64,000 bases of DNA from Podarcis gaigeae (Eukaryota). Below are positions 57,701-64,000 of the stretch, in pieces. Numbering within the stretch: the stretch's first letter is position 1; each line of letters opens with the position of its first letter. Position numbers and translations under genes: made by a program. Under the pieces are notes generated by a model. That model did no database searches. It had not been told where the DNA came from and saw only the letters and a list, made by a program, of their open reading frames with translations. The stretch is taken from assembly GCA_964106915.2 (NCBI GenBank), contig OZ066924.1. One strand, written 5' to 3'.

Positions 57701-60700
57701 TAGGCGTGCTTCCGCTAATGGGGCCTCTTGCTGCCGCTGTGCCACTGGCACACGATTTCCGTTCTCATCGTGGGGCTCAACTCGAAGTAACTCTTTCAGG
57801 TTAGCGGAGTTTGTAACCTGAGGCATTTGTAACTCAAGGTACCACTGTACTGCAGGAGTATTGTTAAACTCTCTTGAAAATATTGAAATCCATTTAACTT
57901 ATGTTTACTTAATCAACTTCAATCCTACATACATGCTATACTAGAATAGTTGATCAGTTATAGGGAACCTCACTAAAAACCCAGAGTATTGTGCTACAAA
58001 CTGCAACATTTGCTTGAGCACTACAGTATGAGAACTCACAGACTTTAAAGAATAAACCAACACTTTGGGACAGAGTATAATCACCAATCATGTCAAGGAC
58101 AATAACAAAATTAGAACACATCAGATACAACTCAATTTATCACAATTGATACATTAGTCAATGGGAACAATAGCACTCTCATACCACATCTGTAATGTTC
58201 AATATTTTCCTGGTCATTGCTTCTTTGTCATTATGGGGGGTTGGAGTAAACCACAGCTTCTGGAATGTCTCATTTACCAGTTTCTGGAAATAAAATGGAT
58301 AGATATTGATTAGGTAAAAGTAGCTTTCCACATTCTCTAAACTACCAACAAGAGTCTACAAAAAGCACAATCCACTAGACACACATCACGAGCAGTTCAA
58401 CTTGAATGGAAGGGAAATCAGCACCAATATAGCCTCAGTCAAGCAACCTCCACCCTGCTGAAGCAGCAACCACCCACTGCTCACAGGAGATCCAAACACT
58501 GCTTTTGAGAAGTGCTTTAATCCCTGCTCAGTCCCACTGTCCCGGCTGCACAATCCTGTTACTTGCTGGAAACATGGCATGCTGCTAAGGAAGGATGTCA
58601 GCTGAATGGGTATGAGGACAGTGTTTAATCCTGCCTTAGCAGCATGCCATGACTTCAACAGATGGAAAGGTGGGCCTGGTTTGAGGGAAATGGCCTCACA
58701 GGCAAAACTGGAAAGGCTGCCAACCAAGATGGCCCCACAGGTCAGAGGCTGCTCACCCCTGTAGTAAATGATTTGTTTACTGTACCTTAATGCCTTCTTC
58801 ATCGTTGACTCTGCGAATCATTTTCACACACATTTCTGTAATTTTGGGAAATGTTGGTTGTTCAATGCAGATATCCCTAAGAATCTTTATGACTCTTTTT
58901 CTGACACTAATACCAGTATCCTGAAGAAGCAAAAGAAAGAAAAAAGTTTAATATTGGGGGGGGGGGGGGGGAATCAGCATGTTACCCATCTTACAACACA
59001 TAGGGCAGCTATAAGCTGATTAGCAACAGATAACTAATATAATGTCTTTTAAAACATAACCACACAGTACCATGGTTAATAAGCTAAAACACTTAGTGTA
59101 AAATCCTTACAAATGGAGAAAAAATCTTCTTAATGCTCACTATTGCCATTTGAGATGCATGTCAGAAACTATGTTTCAACAGAGGTGAACAGAGGACCAT
59201 CATATTTATTTTCATCATAAAGAGCTATGTAAAAGTTGAACTTATAAAATGTTAGAATTTAAAAGTAGCCATACCAGTATTCGCTCAATCAGCATGTCAT
59301 AATACTGTTCAGCAAGCTGTGGTCGACAAAGCACAAACCGACCAAGTAATTCCACGGCTGCTTCTCGTACACTAGTGGAATTGTCCATCAACCGTCCATG
59401 GACACCACGTTGCATGTCAAGCTATAAGCAACAAGCAAGAAAGAAACACAAAGTGAGGGAAACCATAAAAAGATGCTTGTGAGAAAAATGTGTGTATGAT
59501 TACAGAGTGTTTTCTTTGTTTACCCTGGCTAGAATGCTGGGATCTACAGCAACAACCTCAGACAAACACTTCATGGCTTTTGTTCGAACAGCAATTGCAT
59601 TTTCACCAAGCACACGCAGAATCTAATAAGAAAAAAAAAAAAGGCATTTTATTTGCTTTTGAAAAGAAGCACGCAATGTTTAACGAACAAAAATGAAGTG
59701 AGGAAACATGCTAGAATTGAAGTAAAATGAAAAACTAGCTACCAGAAATCTAACATAACCTCACCAAAGGGGCACTCAGTCAAACATATTAATTGCACCA
59801 CCCCATTTCACTCCATGTGAAAGGTCCACATGTTTTGCCACAATTCAGTAGCCAAGCCATTATTTGAAATAGCCAATATTCCCCTCCTTCAAATCCTTGA
59901 ACATGTGCACACTTGCATATGTGGAGGACTGGGGGCAAGAGGTGCCTTACGTCTTGCTGACATTTGAAACTGGCAGAAGCAGAAAGTGTTTGCCTGCTCC
60001 AAAGCCCAGCTTATTCCAAAAGGAGACTGGGTAGGGGCACCCTGTGTCCCACTTGATTCACTTATGGGGTGGGCAGGTGCATCCATTACCTGTGACACTT
60101 CTCAAGAATGATGTGAATTGAAGACCACTCCAGAGAATATTACGGCTGGCTGAACTGTAAGAGGGTAGGATTTTCATTGGCCATCACAGAGAAAGCACTT
60201 CCTCCTCACCAAAGATGCATGATTTTGGGGCCAGGAAAATAGACTATCCTGTCTATACCACTGTTGGGCAGATGCAGCAGTGCATTGGAACTCACCACAG
60301 TGAGCCTTGGCTGCTTGTATCAAATATGGTCAGGAAGAAGGTAAAGAGAACATCTAGGCCACAGCACGGAGCCTAGGTGAGGGACATTTGCCCCGGTAAG
60401 TGGATTTGTGGAGGGCGTGCCCCTTGAAATGAATGGAGGCTGTGCAATAGCAATGTTAGGTGGATTGTGCCCAGAGTGATATAAAATATGACTGCTTGCT
60501 TGTTGATAATGCCTTTGTTAAAGAGGCATCTAAGTATGTGTTTTCTTTTGATTTTTTTGTGATAATTTTGGATCAAGTCCTCCATAGTAGCTATTTCATT
60601 ATTCTTTCTGCTTTTTTAATCCACTCTGGTCAAGAACCACAATGAAGGCCAAAAAATTAAACAAAGTAGGAGTACGCTTCTATTTCTGGAGGCCTAACGT

Positions 60701-63700
60701 GGTGACCCATTCAAACATGCTTGCATTCCTATTAAGTATTAATATAATCAAGCTACTAAATTACGACATTCATCATGGCAGTACCATGCACTGCAAGCAA
60801 ACTACTAAAACTATTTTCTATTTTGAGTTATTAAGCTGCTCTACTATGATGTGTGAATGTACACTTTATGAGGTAATATCCTTAAAATTCAAGAATTCAA
60901 ATAAAGTATATGTAGGCAAAGGACCATTATCCTTTTAAGACACCTTTTTAACTTAAGGTTCTTGTTACAAAAATGCAAAGATGAAATAAAGAGTTCAAGG
61001 AGGTGTGAAATGCATGCAGGATAAAGAAAAATGTTGTGGAATTGATACATAATTATGGAAGCATGTGGTGTTACCACGACCTATTAAATACCTGCGCTTA
61101 ACAATGAACAGATATTGCACACTACCGCATAAGCGTTTGGAACCAGGAAGCCAACTGTATTTCACTAAGACTTCTGGCACAGTTTACCTGTGTCAAATAA
61201 ATATCGAAGCTCTGGGCAAACGGCCTCATAGAGGCCAAGTAGCGAACAATCAAGCAAGCATCTTCATAGTCCACAGTATCAGAATTCATCCTGTAATGAA
61301 GTGGTAGAATATTACTTTAGCATTTGCTTATCAACAGAAGAATATGGCAATACATGAACACCAAATGTTGTTTAGTAAATAAAAATGAACTATCTGTGGA
61401 ACTCACCTTAATGTACTGAACTGAGAAGGTGCCGTTTTAATGATGTTGCGAAGAAATTTTTTGCGACTTTCTGCTCTGTGCATAATTTGTCCCGTTGTCT
61501 CAATTTCTTTTGCATGGTGTGTTCCTTCAGATGAATCATCATCCTTCTGAGTTTTCATTGCTTTCTCAGTCTCCATAGTAGTGTCCCGAAACCACTGTGC
61601 TATATAAAATTTCCGAGAAAACTGGTGCAGCAGGAGAGAGTGTGGGAAAATAAATCCCAAAAAGGACAATGTCAGAAAGTGTTTCATTGCTTCTACTGTT
61701 TGTTGGATATGCTTATTTAGTATATTTTTAATTGATGAAAGATGCCTTGAGTATTTTTACAGCAACAGAAAGGAGGGATATAGATTTTCTTCAATAAGTA
61801 AGACACTAGTATTTTAGAATATATTGATCTAAGTTCTTGTTACTGGAAATGAAGCAGGGCATTTCCATATTCCAAGCCAACTACATTTTGAATTACATAT
61901 AGCTGAATTTATCAACTGTATTTTGAGTTGCATATAGTTGAATTTACTCCAAAGTCATTTTCATGTACAAAGTCATTTTCAGTTTGCAAATACACTTTAA
62001 CTCCTGGATTATTTACACTACAAAACATGATAAAACAATTATAAATTGATTTTTAGAGTCTATGATAAATGAATGTGTTCCTCAACTGCTTATTAAATGT
62101 GACCATCATAAAAGTGTTAGGGCCTACTCTTCACCTACCCAGAGTGCCTCTGTCCATGATAATACAGAACTGCTTACATGATAGGAAGCAGAGTCAATGA
62201 CAAATTGAACCTGGGGTCTTCTGAATGTAAAGCATGTGCTATGCCTTGAGATGTGGTCCTTCTCCTTCATGGGGAATAGACCACAGTTGTCATTGACTCT
62301 GCTTCCTATCATGTAAGCAGTCCTGCATTATCATGGACAGAGGCACTCAAATGTGGTTCTGTCATCTCTTTCTTAGGTTATATTACAACCCCACAAACTT
62401 TAAAAAGAAAAAAAGTATTGCCAAATTGGAAGAACGAGCATTTTTATACTGAACAGTGGTGTAGTGGTAAACTTTTAGTGCAGGAGCTTGTCAGGACTGC
62501 CCCCAAACTTCCTAACACTGGGTGTGTATGAAGCAGAAAACAGTTTATAGTAAAAAGAGGCAATTTGTATGTAATACTAAAACACTGACATGTAAAGCTC
62601 AGCAGGGAAAAACACTAGAGTAATACAATTTGCCAGTTTTTTGCCTCATATCATAAAGCTACAAGTAACATGAACTTTATAACTGTTGGTATCAATCTCT
62701 ACATAACCTTTTAGATGTCCATACATATATATGTTTAACTTTTGATGCCTGTGTATCTAACTTAGTTGCAGTTTCAAAGTTTCAAAGGCAGTAGCCTTTG
62801 TGCCACCTCCTCTATTGGTGTGCTAAGGGAGAAAGGCTTAAGGTCTCCCAAGACCTTACTCACTCAGCTTAAAAGGAAACAAGCCAGCACATTTGCAAGG
62901 TAAACAAAAGACCTTCCTTTCCAATGCAGCACCATGGTGTGTGGGTGGGTGTGCGCGTGCATGTGATTTCTTTCTGCAAACTTTGGCCATGCCCAACATG
63001 GACATACCACCCTCAAGGGGTTGGCCCACAGTTGATGTGGCCTTCAAGACAGAAAGGGTTAAGCAGACTTTCACTTAAACAACTACAACATACCACTAGT
63101 GATGCATCAGTTTCTGTATTTTCTTCCAAATAATCTAACAGTGCCTTTTGCAGTTGCTGGATTTCATCATCCCCTCCTGAGACCTGTAATACACAATATA
63201 TTTTAAATAAAATTCACACCCTTTCCAATATCAGAACACACTAACTTGGATCAATTTGATCTAAACACACTTTAAAGTAAACAAATTACAAAACACACCG
63301 GGAGCATCAATATGTCACACACAACATGTTAACACACAACAAAAATAAAAGGTATCAAACAAAGTCGTCATACGCACAATCAATTAGTAGCAAGTGTGTG
63401 AAACACCATCTCCCAGCAAACCTGTTGGGCTGCTCCTTCTGCAGCAAATTTTTATTTTGCCATGAAATTAAATGTTGTCTCTTCCCCCTCACCCTCCACC
63501 TCCCACATCACCCCAGCTAACAGCTGGATGCTCCCAGAGGCAACTGCCACAAACTTATATTTTAAGGGTAAATTAATCAAAATGAGAGGTCAAAAGCACT
63601 CTTGATTTTTGAGAGTAACACAAAGAAGAAATCTCACAATGCTATTTTTCTCATTAGTGTTTTGTATGGGATGTTACTCCAAATATTTTATGGACACTAA

Positions 63701-63895
63701 TCTCTACACTGAAACCTGCATTAAAATAATCAACAATAGCTTCACTCAAACCTGTTTTAAAATTCGAGCTATAGATCCTTGATCCATTTTGCTAGTGACT
63801 GCATCTTTCCGCAGCCGTGCTGCTACAGTACCAAGATAGTCGAGTGATGCCACCCTCAAAGCCATCTCTGTAGATTTATTACTGAATTGATGGAC
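44175..63895 (-). CDS. NIPBL: NIPBL (Nipped-B-like, cohesin loader SCC2), spliced, 5'-partial; HEAT-repeat region to C-terminus
   Basis: Exon peptides near-identical to vertebrate NIPBL as I recall it (FYIAQWFRD, DNSTSVREAAVELLGRFV, GLIHPVQCVPYLIAMGTDP, ACFPYQTQEEPLFIMH, TLRSLYAAKDGTSS*); all junctions GT-AG and phase-consistent. Confidence 0.99.
44606..44620 (-). terminator. Candidate intronic poly(A) signals for NIPBL isoform B (ATTAAA and AATAAA)
   Basis: Minus strand ATTAAAAGCAATAAAAGCAATAA, about 420 nt downstream of the isoform-B stop. Confidence 0.6.
44616..44707. other. TTAA-flanked CpG-rich inverted-repeat element (piggyBac-like ends / RNA fold-back)
   Basis: ttaatcccttgacgc...gcgccaaggggttaa terminal IR; internal 14-bp palindrome cattgccggcaatg; 9 CpG in 80 nt. 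Confidence 0.7.
45036..45266 (-). CDS. NIPBL: NIPBL exon 46 equiv.; isoform B end by read-through (stop 45036-45038); isoform A donor after 45081
   Basis: FKLLMEHLDPDEEEE..GGGTSG|gtgagg; read-through gives VRRRRSQRISQRIT*, the known isoform-B tail. Confidence 0.96.
   Translation of the reverse strand, partial: FKLLMEHLDPDEEEEDGEVSASTNARNKAITSLLGGGSPKNNAAETEDDESDGEDRGGGTSGVRRRRSQRISQRIT
45972..46146 (-). CDS. NIPBL: NIPBL exon (ex45 equiv.)
   Basis: SKIQKYSPSESAKVYDK..IVKQYLD. Confidence 0.96.
46771..47063 (-). CDS. NIPBL: NIPBL exon (ex44 equiv.)
   Basis: SMVKYKKERK..SQGILLLLMLKQHLKNLCGFSD. Confidence 0.96.
47146..47330 (-). mobile_element. L2/L2-tail SINE 3' end
   Basis: (aat)n followed by tttataccccgccc..gagcggcttac. 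Confidence 0.6.
48262..48408 (-). CDS. NIPBL: NIPBL exon (ex43 equiv.)
   Basis: KTEVNQLLYIADNLACFPYQTQEEPLF..LQSFKE. Confidence 0.96.
49152..49284. mobile_element. hAT hairpin MITE, older copy
   Basis: ccaacctggtgccctccagatg..catctggagg; related to 5956..6091. Confidence 0.65.
49469..49669 (-). CDS. NIPBL: NIPBL exon (ex42 equiv.)
   Basis: MKAVAGMKMSYQVQ..RQHRRAFLISLLNLFDDTA. Confidence 0.96.
50314..50421 (-). CDS. NIPBL: NIPBL exon (ex41 equiv.)
   Basis: CVPYLIAMGTDPEPSMRNKADQQLVEIDKKYAGFIH. Confidence 0.96.
50955..51145 (-). CDS. NIPBL: NIPBL exon (ex40 equiv.)
   Basis: WKKVAKQEDLKEMGDISSGMSSSIMQLYLKQV..GLIHPVQ. Confidence 0.96.
52455..52628 (-). CDS. NIPBL: NIPBL exon (ex39 equiv.)
   Basis: GFAFIQHPGLMFEQEVK..LQEEDTRMQQADRE. 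Confidence 0.96.
53449..53539 (-). CDS. NIPBL: NIPBL exon (ex38 equiv.)
   Basis: VNIKDKVLELLMYFTKHSDEEVQTKAIIGL. Confidence 0.96.
53708..53862 (-). CDS. NIPBL: NIPBL exon (ex37 equiv.)
   Basis: GALSKLKSQHQEDP..KPALLRSLFTVGALCRHFDFD..GNSK. Confidence 0.96.
53962..54055 (-). CDS. NIPBL: NIPBL exon (ex36 equiv.)
   Basis: VVQHCVSCLGAVVNKVTQNYKFVWACFNRYY. Confidence 0.96.
54373..54513 (-). CDS. NIPBL: NIPBL exon (ex35 equiv.)
   Basis: SQNDFMVICNVAKILELVVPLMEHPSETFL..KYGMT. Confidence 0.96.
54720..54754. repeat. (AAAT)n microsatellite
   Basis: Direct read. Confidence 0.9.
55406..55542 (-). CDS. NIPBL: NIPBL exon (ex34 equiv.)
   Basis: DSDNKGVNSSCLVACITTLFLFSKIRPQLMV..TKCS. Confidence 0.96.
56674..56782 (-). 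CDS. NIPBL: NIPBL exon (ex33 equiv.)
   Basis: LLKSEEDASYKPVKKACTQLVDNLVEHILKYEESLA. Confidence 0.96.
57171..57224 (-). CDS. NIPBL: NIPBL exon (ex32 equiv.)
   Basis: VAACRDTGYDWFEQLLQN. Confidence 0.95.
57628..57849. mobile_element. Tc1/mariner (Tigger-like) MITE
   Basis: TA-cagtggtacct..aggtaccactg-TA. Confidence 0.85.
58185..58283 (-). CDS. NIPBL: NIPBL exon (ex31 equiv.)
   Basis: KLVNETFQKLWFTPTPHNDKEAMTRKILNITDV. Confidence 0.96.
58786..58920 (-). CDS. NIPBL: NIPBL exon (ex30 equiv.)
   Basis: DTGISVRKRVIKILRDIC..VNDEEGIK. Confidence 0.96.
59275..59421 (-). CDS. NIPBL: NIPBL exon (ex29 equiv.)
   Basis: LDMQRGVHGRLMDNSTSVREAAVELLGRFV..IERIL. Confidence 0.96.
59524..59622 (-). CDS. NIPBL: NIPBL exon (ex28 equiv.)
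   Basis: ILRVLGENAIAVRTKAMKCLSEVVAVDPSILAR. Confidence 0.96.
61188..61290 (-). CDS. NIPBL: NIPBL exon (ex27 equiv.)
   Basis: MNSDTVDYEDACLIVRYLASMRPFAQSFDIYLTQ. Confidence 0.96.
61407..61621 (-). CDS. NIPBL: NIPBL exon (ex26 equiv.)
   Basis: FSRKFYIAQWFRDTT..PSQFSTL. Confidence 0.96.
63094..63183 (-). CDS. NIPBL: NIPBL exon (ex25 equiv.)
   Basis: VSGGDDEIQQLQKALLDYLEENTETDASLV. Confidence 0.96.
63752..63895 (-). CDS. NIPBL: NIPBL exon (human ex24 equiv.)
   Basis: VHQFSNKSTEMALRVASLDYLGTVAARLRKD..ILKQ. Confidence 0.96.
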
Positions 63896-64000
63896 CTAAG
63901 AAAATGAAAGAAAAAAATATATAAACTTCATTTTTATTCCCCTCACATTTCAAGACAATATTGCTTGATCCTCTCCTACAATAATGGGAAGAGTTCAGTA

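Noticed and set aside
61040-61187. Mildly CpG-rich intron start after NIPBL ex27 equiv. as a snoRNA or poison exon
   Set aside because: No C/D or H/ACA architecture and no convincing splice pair.

Overview
Vertebrate genomic DNA, almost certainly a squamate: Sauria/Squam-type SINEs, young L2 3' ends, and Tc1/mariner and hAT MITEs suggest a lacertid-like lizard. Two large spliced genes lie tail-to-tail. (1) The 3' part of CPLANE1 (C5orf42/JBTS17) is on +: 41 phase-consistent coding exons from 1719 to the stop at 39671, about 2,370 codons. (2) The 3' part of NIPBL (cohesin loader) is on -: 23 complete exons from 63895 to 45036, equivalent to human exons 24-46. The isoform-B read-through end is present, and the isoform-A last exon is mostly hidden in an N gap (stop at 44175). 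Most ORF-track entries are spurious or are exon/intron read-throughs. Items most worth a second look: a 92-nt CpG-rich, TTAA-flanked fold-back element on the NIPBL isoform-B poly(A) signal next to the isoform-A acceptor; a tandemly duplicated 99-nt CPLANE1 exon with a strong CTCF motif between the copies; two likely GC-AG introns; a Ty1/copia RNase H fossil missed by the ORF track; and an orphan CpG-island/L1-5'UTR-like promoter antisense inside CPLANE1. Comparisons with human proteins and exon sizes are from memory and should be confirmed by alignment.
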